DNA of 64,000 nt from an uncultured Verrucomicrobiae bacterium. Lineage in GTDB: Bacteria > Verrucomicrobiota > Verrucomicrobiia > Chthoniobacterales > Chthoniobacteraceae. Of the stretch, positions 31,701-40,730 are shown one piece after another. Below the pieces are notes generated by a model that saw nothing but the letters and a program-made list of their open reading frames with translations, had not been told where the DNA came from and did no database searches. Position numbers and translations under genes: made by a program. The DNA lies in NCBI GenBank assembly GCA_963828525.1, contig CAWHEP010000010.1:64001-128000 (forward strand). Reading direction: 5' to 3'. Each line of letters starts with the position of its first letter. Position 1 is the stretch's first letter.

Positions 31701-34700
31701 CTTATGGAGGCAGGCGGTGCCGGGAAACTCTACCCGCGTATGGTTGAACTTTAGCAGAATCTCGTCCCGCTCCAGGTCGCTCAAGAGGGGAATTCGATCG
31801 ATGTTCTGGTTCGGATCAGCCGCTACGGAACCGAGCAGGGTCTGAAACTGCCCCAGCCAGCGTGTCGCCGTTTCCGGGCTGAAAGCATCTGAATGGTCGA
31901 GCTGGCAGATCAACTCGCCCCCGCGCTCGGCGATATTCAGCGCCAGATCAAAAGTGGAAGTTCCCGCCGGGTTCCTATGCGGGAAAGTATCAAAGGTGGC
32001 TGTGACATCGAGCTCAGGGAGTTCCTTGTGGAAATCGCCATTTTCCAGGTTGAACGCCGCGGAGAAAAGCGGCGACCGGCTTGGATCCCGCTTCAGGTTC
32101 AGCTTGCGTATGATCCGCCCAAAAAAATAATCCTGATGCTCAGCCGCGTCGAGCACGAGCTGCTTTTGCGCGGTGAGATAGTCCGCAAATCTGGTTTCAG
32201 CATGGATGCGGCTGCGGAGAGGAAGCATGTGGGTGGTGTTCGCATAGAGGGAATGACCGCCATCCAGGGACCGCGCCTCGCCTTCAAACGAAGCGCCCAC
32301 GACAACATCGTCCTGGCCCGAAATGCGGTGCAGCAGCGCGGTGTATGCCGAGAAAAGCATCATGAACAGGGAGCAACGTTGTGCCGTCCCCGCCTGCTTC
32401 AGCGAAGCCGTGAGTTTTCTGTCCAGGGTCAGCGTCTGCCTTGCTCCGGTGAATGACTGCGCCGGCGGGCGGGCCTGATCCACGGGCAACTCCAGCGTGG
32501 GCGCTTCCCCGGTGAACTGCCCGAGCCAGAACGCTTCCGCGTCGACATCGCTCTCTTCCTGGGCCTTCTGCCACGAAACAAACTCGCTGAGTTGCATCGC
32601 GGGTTCGAGATTTGGCTGATGCCCGTTGCGAATCGATTCGTAGCTCGCGAACAGCTCATGCACAAACGCCGTGTATGACGGCCCGTTTCCAAGAAGATGA
32701 TGAAACGTGAGCGCCAGCAGATGTTCGTTCTCGACCGTCTTGAGGATGGCGGCGCGCAGCAACGGAGGGTGGCTGAAATCGAATACAGCTCGCTCGTGTT
32801 CGGCGAGGTATGTCATCAGCTCGGACCTGTCCCGGCGGGAAAAGTCGATGAAGGGAGTCTCAAATGTCACGGAGGGAAGCACGCGTTGCGTGTCCTGCGC
32901 CACTACTGTCCGGAGCGCTTCGTGGCGGTTCACCATTGCCTGGAACGCGCTTTGCATCGCGGTGACATCGAGATTGCCGCGCAATACCAGCGTCGAAGAG
33001 TCATTGTAAACCCGTGACGCGTTTTCACTCATCGCGGCTAAAAGCCAGAGACCCCGCTCCGAGTCAGTGAGCGGAATTTCGAACTCAGCCTTGCCCTTCT
33101 CGAAATGGGCGCGGAGAGCATCCAGATGCTCCAAATGACTTAACACCGTGTCCTGCGCCACGCCGAAGTCGATAAAACAGCCGATCTCATCCACCCCGAG
33201 CGCGGCGAGCTGCTCCACGATCGGGATGCACGACTGCGGCGTTCCGATCAGCGCCTTCCCGTTCACATAATCGTCGAACGCGCGATCCAGGAGAAACTCG
33301 ACGTCGTCTTTATCGATCTCCACTCCGCCCTTGGCGACTTTCTTCTGTTTGTTGTCCAGGTAGGATCGCAGATACTCGCGCATCGGCCCCCGCGCCCGGT
33401 TCCGGGTTGAGTTTAGTTCTTCACCCACAAAGGTCAGGAGAAGCACGGTCACGTGTCCGGCAGCGGGGTCATGCCCGTTCTTTGCCAGGGACTGCCGATA
33501 GAGCCGGATCTTCTCCGCAAGTTCGGGCACGCTCTGGTTCATCATGTAACCCAGCACGTTCACTCCCATTTCTCCCGCTTTGACAAAAGAATCGGGATGG
33601 ATGCATGTCAGCCACATTGGGAGCTTTGCCTGCTTTGGCATGGGATGGAGCTTTACTCCGAACTCTCCACCCGCCCCGCCCCGGAAGTTGACCGCTTCTC
33701 CACTCCACAGCTTCTTGATGATTTCCACTCCCTCGCTGCAAAGCGCGCGACGATTCTCAAAAGCGTCCGGAGCAAGGACGAAATCGTTTGGGTGCCATCC
33801 CGACGCAATGGAGATGCCGACCCGCCCATTTGAAAGGTTATCCACTACCGACCACTCTTCCGCGACACGCACCGGGTGGTGCAATGGCAACACCACACTG
33901 CCGCCCCGCAACTGGATGTTCTCGGTCTCGCGCGCAAGTGCCGCGGCTATCACGGATGGGTTTGGAGAGAACCCGCCAACGCTATGAAAATGCCGCTCTG
34001 GCAGCCACACCGCGGTGAAGCCGTGGCGGTCCGCGAATTTGGCTCCTTCGATGATGAGCTTGTACTTTTCAGGGTCATACGCGGCGGGATAGCTGCCGAA
34101 GCAGTAGAGGCTGAACTGCATGGCGCCCGCCTTCGCCGGTTGCCACGCAACGGGAGCCAGGGCTTTTTCTTTCGCGGGCTCCGGAGCTTTTACCTCTGTC
34201 GCAAGCTGCTCGACTGCCTCTTCAACGGTCGATCCAGGGAGGAACCCACCCTGCTGCATTTCGACGATACTCTCCTTGAACGCGCGGATCAGAAACGCCA
34301 CATCCTCGGAGGAATGGGCCGTCGAAAGGAAACACGGACGGCCTTCCCAAACATGGAAGCCCTTCAGCCGTAAATGGAAATAGAGGAGGCTGCCAAACTT
34401 GATCGACTCGTCGAACTGGAAGTAGAGGATCGACGCGAAATTTTGTATGTGAAGGGGGACGCCGCGGTCCTTCAGGAAAGCATTCAGCGTGTTTGCAAAC
34501 TCAGCGGTCTGTTCGTTGAGCCGTTGCTGCAAACCTGGCCCCTGCTGCTTGAGGTAATTGAGCATTGCCCAGGAGCCCGCCATCGCGAGAGGGTGACGCA
34601 CGTACGTCCCGGCGAAAAAGGTGACACCCACCTCCGGGAATGAATCGTCGCCATACTGCCACATGCCCCCATCCAGGGCGTCCATATACATCGCGCTCCC

Positions 34701-37700
34701 GGCCACCGCGCCGATCGGCATCCCTCCGCCCATGATCTTTCCATAGGTCGCGATGTCCGCGCGCACGTCGAACAGCGCCTGCGCTCCGCCAGGGTGGCAT
34801 CGGAACCCGGTGATCAGCTCATCGAAGATCAGCGCCGTCTCCGCTTCCCGGGTGATTTTTCGCAGTTCGCGGCAGAATTCGCGCGGCTGCAAATCAAGCC
34901 GCCTGCTTTGAACTGGCTCCACCAGCACCGCCGCGAGTTCATGAGCGCTCGCCTTGATGATCTCGAGCGACTCGGGGGAACCGTAATCCACAACCAGCAC
35001 ATCTTTCACTATGTGCTCGGGTATCCCGGGAGCCACGGGCACGGACCGACGCTCTCCGTTGACAATGGCGGAACGAACGAGCACTTCATCGTTGATGCCG
35101 TGGAAGCCGCTCGTGGTGGCGATGCGAGTACGGCCGGTCACCGTCCGCGCGATGCGCATGGCAGCCATGACCGCCTCCGAGCCTGTATTGCAAAAAGCCA
35201 CGCGTTCCATGCCTACGATGTCACAGAGAAGCCGGGCAACATTCCCGGCGAGTGGAGTCTGCGGGCCGACCTCGATTCCAAGCTTTAGTTGCGAGGCGAG
35301 CGCTTCGGCGATGAACGCGGGCGAATGTCCAAGCAGATTTGTCCCAAATCCCATGGAGACATCCACATATTCATTCCCGTCCACATCCCAGATTCGCGAA
35401 CCAGCCGAGCGCTCTATTACGACGGGGAACACCATCTCTTTCCACGCGCGGTTGAAGCTTCCCGCTGTGCGCGCGTCCGCGAAATGCGCTCTGTTTGCCT
35501 GTGTCTGCCGCTTGGATTCAGGCATGCGGCGGGTGTATTCGCTCACCAGCGAATCGAGGTGCTTTTGCTGCCGCGCGGTCAGCGCTCCCCGCGTCCCAGT
35601 CTCGATAGGTTTGAATGGCCCAAAACGTTTTGGCTCGGGCGCGACAACTTGGATCGTCCGCGCGGAAGGAGCCGCTGCCCTTGTCACCTCAGTTCGCGCC
35701 TGAGTGGCGGAATGTTGCTCGATGTATTCGGCCAGTGGCCCGAGACTCGAGAGGTCTTCCATTAGCTGGCGGAACGTGATTTTGACCGAGAACTTCTTAC
35801 GAAAGGCTAGCGCGACCTGCGTGAGGAAAAGTGAATCGAACCCCAATTCCAGCAAATTCGTCGTTGTCGGCACGTCGGTGAGATCAGTGCCGGACAGACC
35901 AGATAGCATCTGTTTGAGCTGCGCCAGGACAGCGCCTTCAGCCCGCGCCTCCTTTGCAGGCACCGAGCTTTCCTCCACCGCTTGGCTGGCTTCACGAGCG
36001 CCTGGAAGAACGCTTGTCGTACGCGCCGCAGCAGCTTCATACGGCGCTTCTCCATCGGTCGCCGCCGTGGCGAGCGGCAGCGGAATGCCAGGCGGCAGAT
36101 CCGCGAAGTAGCGTTGCCGCTCAAAAGGATAGGCTGGCAGGGATACCCGGCGGCGGGTCTCCCCGGCATGCGCGGCGCGCCAGTCGATTTGGACGCCCGC
36201 AAGCCACGCGCGTCCCACTGCCAGGCCCAGGGACTCGTTTTCGTCGGTCCCCTCGGAGATTGTATGGACGATCTCGTGCGCCGCCGTCTTTCCGCTCGAT
36301 TGCCTGGCTAATTGCGCGAGCGTTTGTCCTGGCCCAGCCTCGATGATAACGGAGCCCCGCGCGTCGAAGAGATGGGTCACCGCGTCGGCGAACCGGACAG
36401 TAGCTCGGAGATGGGCCGCCCAATACGCAGGGTCAACAGCCTCAGCGGCCGTCATCCACGAGCCCGTGACGCTCGAAACGATCGGCACCGCGGGCGGTTG
36501 CAGCTTCACCCCGCGAGCTGCTTCCAAAAGAGGCGCGACCACCGATTGCACCATAGGCGAGTGGAAGGCGTGAGACGTGGCAAGACGCCGGGCTACAATA
36601 CCGCGCGCCGTAAAGACCGCCTCGATCTTCTCGATGGCGTCCGGGTTCCCCGATAACACGCAGAGTTTCGAGGAATTGACCGCTGCTATATCGACTTGCT
36701 CGGAAACAAATTCGCGCGCCTCTTGTTCGCCAAGCCGCGCGGCCAGCATCACTCCTGCGGGGAGCGCTTGCACCAAGCGGGCCCGTGTCGCGACCAGTCG
36801 CGCGCCATCCTCCAGCGAAAACACCCCTGCCAGCGTGGCAGCCGCAAATTCACCAACGCTGTGCCCCAGCAAAGCAGCGGGACGCGGTCCGCGCGACATC
36901 CACAGTCTCCCCAAAGCGCAATCCATCGCGTAAATGGCTGGCTGGGTGAACCGCGTTTCGCGTAACGCGGCTTCGCCATCCGCTCCGTGAGCGAAGATGA
37001 CCTCTCGCAGATCACACCCTAGTTCCGCCCGCAGGAGCTCCGCGCATTCATCCAGCGTCTCGCGAAAGACCGCTTCGGTTGAGTAAAGCTGCCGGCCCAT
37101 CCCCACGTACTGCGCCCCTTGCCCCGGGAACAGGAGCGCTACACCCGTCTCCAGCCGTTCATCGACACGCGCCATCTTTGCCGGCGCGCGCAACGAGGCA
37201 GTCGCTTCCTCCCGAGTCTTCCCGACAACCACCCGCCGGTGCTGGAATATCTGTCTGCCGGTCTGAAGCGTGAATGCGACATCGGCATCCGAGACGTCCG
37301 GTTTCCCGTCAAGATGCAGGGCGAGATCACTGGCCCGGCGATCCAGGGCGCTTGCCGTTTTCGCGGACAGGACGAAAATATTCGCCCGCTCGCTGCCACT
37401 GGTAGCCGGCAGCGAGGGCGTTTCCTCCAGAACCAGATGCGCGTTGGTGCCTCCAACGCCGAATGAGCTCACACCCGCCCGGCGCGGAGCCACGCCGCGC
37501 GGCCAGGCGCGCAGCGTCGTGTTGATGAAAAATGGCGACTCCTCGATGTGCAGCGCCGCGTTCAGCTGCTCGCAATGCAGACTCGGAGGCAGCTTCTCGT
37601 AGTGGAACGCAAGGGCTGTTTTGATGAGACTGGTGATACCCGAAGCCGCGTCGCAATGGCCGATGTTCCCCTTCACCGAACCCAGGGCGCAAAACTGCCG

Positions 37701-38732
37701 CGCCTCAGTGGCGTTGCGGAATACCTGCGAGAGGCCCGCGATCTCTATCGGATCCCCAAGCGCCGTCGCGGTTCCGTGCGCTTCGATGTACGAGATCGTC
37801 TCGGGGGACACTCCCGCCACCGCCTGCGCGAGGCTGATCACATCGGTCTGCCCATCCACACTGGGCGCGGCGAAGCTCACTTTCTTGGAGCCGTCGTTAT
37901 TCACGGCATGTCCTTTGATTACCGCATAAATCCGATCGTTATCGCTGAGCGCGTCCGCGAGCCGTTTCAGAACTACGACGCCCGCCCCGCTCGAGAAGAT
38001 CGTCCCGCTCGCCCGCTCGTCGAAGGGGCGGCACCAGCCGTTCCCCGACGTCATGCTGCCATCCTGGAAGAAATAGCCGCGAATCTGCGGGAAAGTGAGC
38101 GAAACGCCTCCAGCCAGTGAGACATCGCATTGATGCGTCAGCAAATTCTGGCAGGCGACCGAAACGCTCACCAGAGAAGACGAACAAGCCGTCTGAATGT
38201 TCAACGCCGGGCCGCGCAGGTTGAGCTTGTACGCCAGCCGGGTGGTTAGGAAATCCTTCTCATTCGCGATCACCGCGTTAATGACCCCCACGGCGTCCAT
38301 CAGTTCCCGGTTTTGGCGCGCGAAAAAAGGGTAGTACGTATTGATGCTCATCCCGGCAAACACGCCTATCAGTCCCGGGTAACGGGAGGGATCGCAGCCG
38401 GCGTCCTCCAGCGCTTCCCACGCAACCTCCAAAAATACCCTGTGCTGTGGGTCCATCGCTTCCGCCTCCTTGGGAGGGATCCCGAAAAATCCGCGATCGA
38501 ACCATTCCGGTTTTTCGACAACTCCCCTCGCCGCGACATACCCAGGGAGCGCCCGCAGAGCCTTGGGATCGTAGCCAGCTTCGGCCAGTTGCTCATCCGA
38601 GAAGCGCGTAATGGAGTCCCTGCCTTCAACCAGATTCTCCCAGAATGCTTCAACGCTGTTGGCGCCGGGGAAACGGCCGGCCATTCCAACGATCGCGACG
38701 CCGTTAAGCTCTTCTTCCAAGGGACTGCTCAT
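28755..38732 (-). CDS. Hybrid PKS-NRPS: KS-AT-ACP-aminotransferase-luciferase-like monooxygenase-C-A(MT)-PCP
   Basis: KS TACSSS/HGTAT/NIGH (about 37420-38700); AT GHSVG/HAFH (36200-37140); ACP GFDSL; class III aminotransferase FDELITGFR/TYGKIMGGG (34260-35470); LLM WLPERHFH (33100-34121); C HHLLGNG; A YTSGSTGKPKG/LYGPTE/YKTGD with MT insert; PCP GGDSL; no TE. Confidence 0.95.
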   Translation of the reverse strand: MSSPLEEELNGVAIVGMAGRFPGANSVEAFWENLVEGRDSITRFSDEQLAEAGYDPKALRALPGYVAARGVVEKPEWFDRGFFGIPPKEAEAMDPQHRVFLEVAWEALEDAGCDPSRYPGLIGVFAGMSINTYYPFFARQNRELMDAVGVINAVIANEKDFLTTRLAYKLNLRGPALNIQTACSSSLVSVSVACQNLLTHQCDVSLAGGVSLTFPQIRGYFFQDGSMTSGNGWCRPFDERASGTIFSSGAGVVVLKRLADALSDNDRIYAVIKGHAVNNDGSKKVSFAAPSVDGQTDVISLAQAVAGVSPETISYIEAHGTATALGDPIEIAGLSQVFRNATEARQFCALGSVKGNIGHCDAASGITSLIKTALAFHYEKLPPSLHCEQLNAALHIEESPFFINTTLRAWPRGVAPRRAGVSSFGVGGTNAHLVLEETPSLPATSGSERANIFVLSAKTASALDRRASDLALHLDGKPDVSDADVAFTLQTGRQIFQHRRVVVGKTREEATASLRAPAKMARVDERLETGVALLFPGQGAQYVGMGRQLYSTEAVFRETLDECAELLRAELGCDLREVIFAHGADGEAALRETRFTQPAIYAMDCALGRLWMSRGPRPAALLGHSVGEFAAATLAGVFSLEDGARLVATRARLVQALPAGVMLAARLGEQEAREFVSEQVDIAAVNSSKLCVLSGNPDAIEKIEAVFTARGIVARRLATSHAFHSPMVQSVVAPLLEAARGVKLQPPAVPIVSSVTGSWMTAAEAVDPAYWAAHLRATVRFADAVTHLFDARGSVIIEAGPGQTLAQLARQSSGKTAAHEIVHTISEGTDENESLGLAVGRAWLAGVQIDWRAAHAGETRRRVSLPAYPFERQRYFADLPPGIPLPLATAATDGEAPYEAAAARTTSVLPGAREASQAVEESSVPAKEARAEGAVLAQLKQMLSGLSGTDLTDVPTTTNLLELGFDSLFLTQVALAFRKKFSVKITFRQLMEDLSSLGPLAEYIEQHSATQARTEVTRAAAPSARTIQVVAPEPKRFGPFKPIETGTRGALTARQQKHLDSLVSEYTRRMPESKRQTQANRAHFADARTAGSFNRAWKEMVFPVVIERSAGSRIWDVDGNEYVDVSMGFGTNLLGHSPAFIAEALASQLKLGIEVGPQTPLAGNVARLLCDIVGMERVAFCNTGSEAVMAAMRIARTVTGRTRIATTSGFHGINDEVLVRSAIVNGERRSVPVAPGIPEHIVKDVLVVDYGSPESLEIIKASAHELAAVLVEPVQSRRLDLQPREFCRELRKITREAETALIFDELITGFRCHPGGAQALFDVRADIATYGKIMGGGMPIGAVAGSAMYMDALDGGMWQYGDDSFPEVGVTFFAGTYVRHPLAMAGSWAMLNYLKQQGPGLQQRLNEQTAEFANTLNAFLKDRGVPLHIQNFASILYFQFDESIKFGSLLYFHLRLKGFHVWEGRPCFLSTAHSSEDVAFLIRAFKESIVEMQQGGFLPGSTVEEAVEQLATEVKAPEPAKEKALAPVAWQPAKAGAMQFSLYCFGSYPAAYDPEKYKLIIEGAKFADRHGFTAVWLPERHFHSVGGFSPNPSVIAAALARETENIQLRGGSVVLPLHHPVRVAEEWSVVDNLSNGRVGISIASGWHPNDFVLAPDAFENRRALCSEGVEIIKKLWSGEAVNFRGGAGGEFGVKLHPMPKQAKLPMWLTCIHPDSFVKAGEMGVNVLGYMMNQSVPELAEKIRLYRQSLAKNGHDPAAGHVTVLLLTFVGEELNSTRNRARGPMREYLRSYLDNKQKKVAKGGVEIDKDDVEFLLDRAFDDYVNGKALIGTPQSCIPIVEQLAALGVDEIGCFIDFGVAQDTVLSHLEHLDALRAHFEKGKAEFEIPLTDSERGLWLLAAMSENASRVYNDSSTLVLRGNLDVTAMQSAFQAMVNRHEALRTVVAQDTQRVLPSVTFETPFIDFSRRDRSELMTYLAEHERAVFDFSHPPLLRAAILKTVENEHLLALTFHHLLGNGPSYTAFVHELFASYESIRNGHQPNLEPAMQLSEFVSWQKAQEESDVDAEAFWLGQFTGEAPTLELPVDQARPPAQSFTGARQTLTLDRKLTASLKQAGTAQRCSLFMMLFSAYTALLHRISGQDDVVVGASFEGEARSLDGGHSLYANTTHMLPLRSRIHAETRFADYLTAQKQLVLDAAEHQDYFFGRIIRKLNLKRDPSRSPLFSAAFNLENGDFHKELPELDVTATFDTFPHRNPAGTSTFDLALNIAERGGELICQLDHSDAFSPETATRWLGQFQTLLGSVAADPNQNIDRIPLLSDLERDEILLKFNHTRVEFPGTACLHKYIEEQVERSPDAPAVVFGGATLTYRQLNREANKLAHRLQSLGVKPDSLVAICAERSLEMVAGLLAILKAGGAYVPIDPGYPRERLEFMLRDSAPVALLTQKRFLSRIPDLPARVVCLDDPCDGDDGNAVSGVSPDDLAYVIYTSGSTGKPKGAMNTHRAICNRLQWMQAEYPLTSKDAILQKTPFTFDVSVWEFFWPLMTGARLVVAQPELHGDSAYLIETIRAENITTLHFVPSMLSAFLTDKDASECSKLKRVICSGEALSPETQNRFFEALPDVELHNLYGPTEAAVDVTYWKCKPDANSATIPIGRPVANTSIYILDKGMQPVPIGCSGELHIGGVQLARGYLARPDLTAEKFVANPFGEGRLYKTGDLARFRAGTDSKGITAIEYLGRIDHQVKIRGFRIELGEIEAVLRQQPDVLDCAVVSREDAPGDKRLVAYIARKQAAAVELWPATPGSGGDAFYDDVLYTAMAHDKARLDCYRRAFAGTARDKVVVDIGTGRDALLARMAIEEGARKVYAIELLEEPARQAKALVESLGLSDRIIVIHGRSQEVELPEKAHICVSENIGHIGGAEGADILLDDARRFLAPGGILVPARCETRVAAVQMPVEFLATPAFDELAANYAEHSWRAAGYKHDLRVCATGATSDMLRSTRDVFEAMDFSQPVSSEYEREIRLSITQDCFIDGLLLWLRLEAAPGAELETLDREDSWPPVYLPTFYPGLEARAGDEIRATVRGSLAANRFNRDYRVEGHLRHAAGGEHAFAFDSWHYKQVYKHTPFYERLFLDDSIPVNQRSSGLAGTTMLAALRDALPDYMVPSAFVTLAVLPKLPNGKLDRNALPAPDRSHNSVRSEPATPETPFERKLAEIWQPILGVEKIGAKDDFFDLGGDSLLALRIVNQLRQLVSGRIALGLIFEAPTIAALALRLEEAYPAEVAGLFSSASGIGDGADTEPSIAAVGRLPAIQAISRESRRVKRLTLTE

Positions 38733-40576
38733 TTCTGCCTGTTAAGCCGGTTCCGCGCCAAAGCGGTACGTTGTTTTTGGGCGCGCTCCATCGAAGAGGA
38801 AATTCCGGCGTTCGCAACGGGCGGAGCCTCCAGAAAACGCGCGAGCGCGCCAATTGACGGATATTGGAACAGCGTGGCAACCCCAAGAGGCCGCCGCAAG
38901 GCGCGGCAAAGCTTCGAGTGAACCTCCATCAGCTTCACGGAGTCGCCGCCAATCTCGAAGAAGTTCTCAGCAGTTCCGATCTCGCGGGTTCCGAGCACAG
39001 CGTTCCAGATTTCCGCGACTGAGCGCTCCATCTCGCTCTGCGGGGAGATGAATTCATGGCGATTCTCTGGCTGTGGCGGCGGCAGGGCCTGGCGATCGAT
39101 TTTTCCATTCCGGCTGAGAGGGAATGAACTCACTGCAACGAAGATCGCCGGAATCATGAAGCCAGGCAATCGGGCGCGCAGCCAATCCCGCAGTTGTTCC
39201 GGCAAGGCTTTCTGCCCTTCGTTAGGCACATAATACGCGACCAGTTCCTTAAACCGGTCCTGGCCATGCGTCACAACCACGCACGCGCGCACTCCCTCGT
39301 TTTGCCCAAGCACCGTTTCGATCTCGCCCAGCTCGATCCGGAATCCACGCAACTTTACCTGGTCATCCGCGCGGCCGAGAAATTCGAAAACACCGTCAGC
39401 CCGCTGAATCGCCAGATCACCCGTCCTGTACAGCCGCGCGCCCGGCAGAGAACTGAAAGGATCCGCGATGAACTTTTCGTTGGTCAACTCCGGACGGCGC
39501 CAGTAGCCCAGCGCCAGTCCCTCGCCGCCTACATACAACTCCCCTTTCACACCGGGTGGAACTTGCTTTAAAGCCTCATCCAGGATGCAAGCGGTCGAGT
39601 GCGAAACCGGCTTGCCAATGGGCGCGCCGTTCTCGAAGCCGTCCCGCAGTGACAGCGTATGACAGCAGGAGAATGTCGTGTTTTCAGTAGGGCCGTATCC
39701 GTTAATCAATCGTGTGTTCGGCAGCGCGACGAGTGCCTTCCGGACCTGCGTCACTGGAAGCGCCTCCCCTCCGGCAAGGAGTTGCCTCAGGGGCTTCAAG
39801 TCATCGATCCGTTCGTCCACCATCACACTAAAGAAACCTGCGGTGAGCCAGAGCGTTGTTACCCCATGCTCCCGGATCGCGTCGCCAATCTCTACCAGCG
39901 ACGGCGGCTCGGGTGGCATCACAACCAGCTTGCCGCCATTTAGCAAAGGCCCCCATATTTCGAACGTGGACGCGTCGAACGAGACGGGCGCAAGTTGCAG
40001 AAATACCTCGTCGGAGCTGAAGGTTGCGTAGTTCGTGTCCCGAACAAGACGCGTCACCCCGCGATGCGGTATGGCCACGCCTTTTGGCGCGCCGGTCGAC
40101 CCGGAGGTATACATCACATAAGCCAGGCTTTCGCCGCTCATGGGGGGTGAGTCGAAGACCACTCCCGATGACAGATCAATCTCATCCACAAGGAGGATGG
40201 GGGCGCCCGCCTCAGGCAGCAGGCCTATAAGCTTGCTCTGCGTCACGACCGCTGCTGCCTCAGCGTCCCTCATCATGAATTGGAGCAGTTCTTTCGGGTT
40301 GGAACTATCCAGGGGCAGGTAAGCGCCTCCTGCCTTCAGGATGGCGAGCAACGCGATGATCATGTACGGCGATCGCTCAATGCAAATCGCCACCAGCGAC
40401 TCCGGCTTGACACCTTTTTGCGCCAGCGCGAGCGCGAGGGCGCTGGACCGGCCGTCCAGCTCCCGATAGGTGAGTCGTGTTCCCTTAAAAGCAAGAGCCA
40501 CCGCGTCGGGTGTGTTTCGCGCCTGCTCCGCGAACAGCGAATGCACACAGGAGTTGGATTGAGGTCCTGGTCGCAT
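38729..40576 (-). CDS. Stand-alone NRPS loading module (A-PCP)
   Basis: YTSGSTGAPKG, NGYGPTE, YRTGD, RIELGEIE, NGKIDR, PCP GGDSV; stop overlaps the PKS start (ATGA). Confidence 0.93.
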   Translation of the reverse strand: MRPGPQSNSCVHSLFAEQARNTPDAVALAFKGTRLTYRELDGRSSALALALAQKGVKPESLVAICIERSPYMIIALLAILKAGGAYLPLDSSNPKELLQFMMRDAEAAAVVTQSKLIGLLPEAGAPILLVDEIDLSSGVVFDSPPMSGESLAYVMYTSGSTGAPKGVAIPHRGVTRLVRDTNYATFSSDEVFLQLAPVSFDASTFEIWGPLLNGGKLVVMPPEPPSLVEIGDAIREHGVTTLWLTAGFFSVMVDERIDDLKPLRQLLAGGEALPVTQVRKALVALPNTRLINGYGPTENTTFSCCHTLSLRDGFENGAPIGKPVSHSTACILDEALKQVPPGVKGELYVGGEGLALGYWRRPELTNEKFIADPFSSLPGARLYRTGDLAIQRADGVFEFLGRADDQVKLRGFRIELGEIETVLGQNEGVRACVVVTHGQDRFKELVAYYVPNEGQKALPEQLRDWLRARLPGFMIPAIFVAVSSFPLSRNGKIDRQALPPPQPENRHEFISPQSEMERSVAEIWNAVLGTREIGTAENFFEIGGDSVKLMEVHSKLCRALRRPLGVATLFQYPSIGALARFLEAPPVANAGISSSMERAQKQRTALARNRLNRQK

Positions 40577-40730
40577 TGGGGTGAATCAAATAGCGAAGCG
40601 TCTCCTCCACTAGATGAATCAATCCGCGAAGCCAAGCAGTTTCCCTGCCAATCGTCCCAAATGGCGCCTCCCGCATGGTTCTACCTACATTCTAGTAGCG
40701 ACCCTCCAAACGATGTGTTACGGCGTTCGC

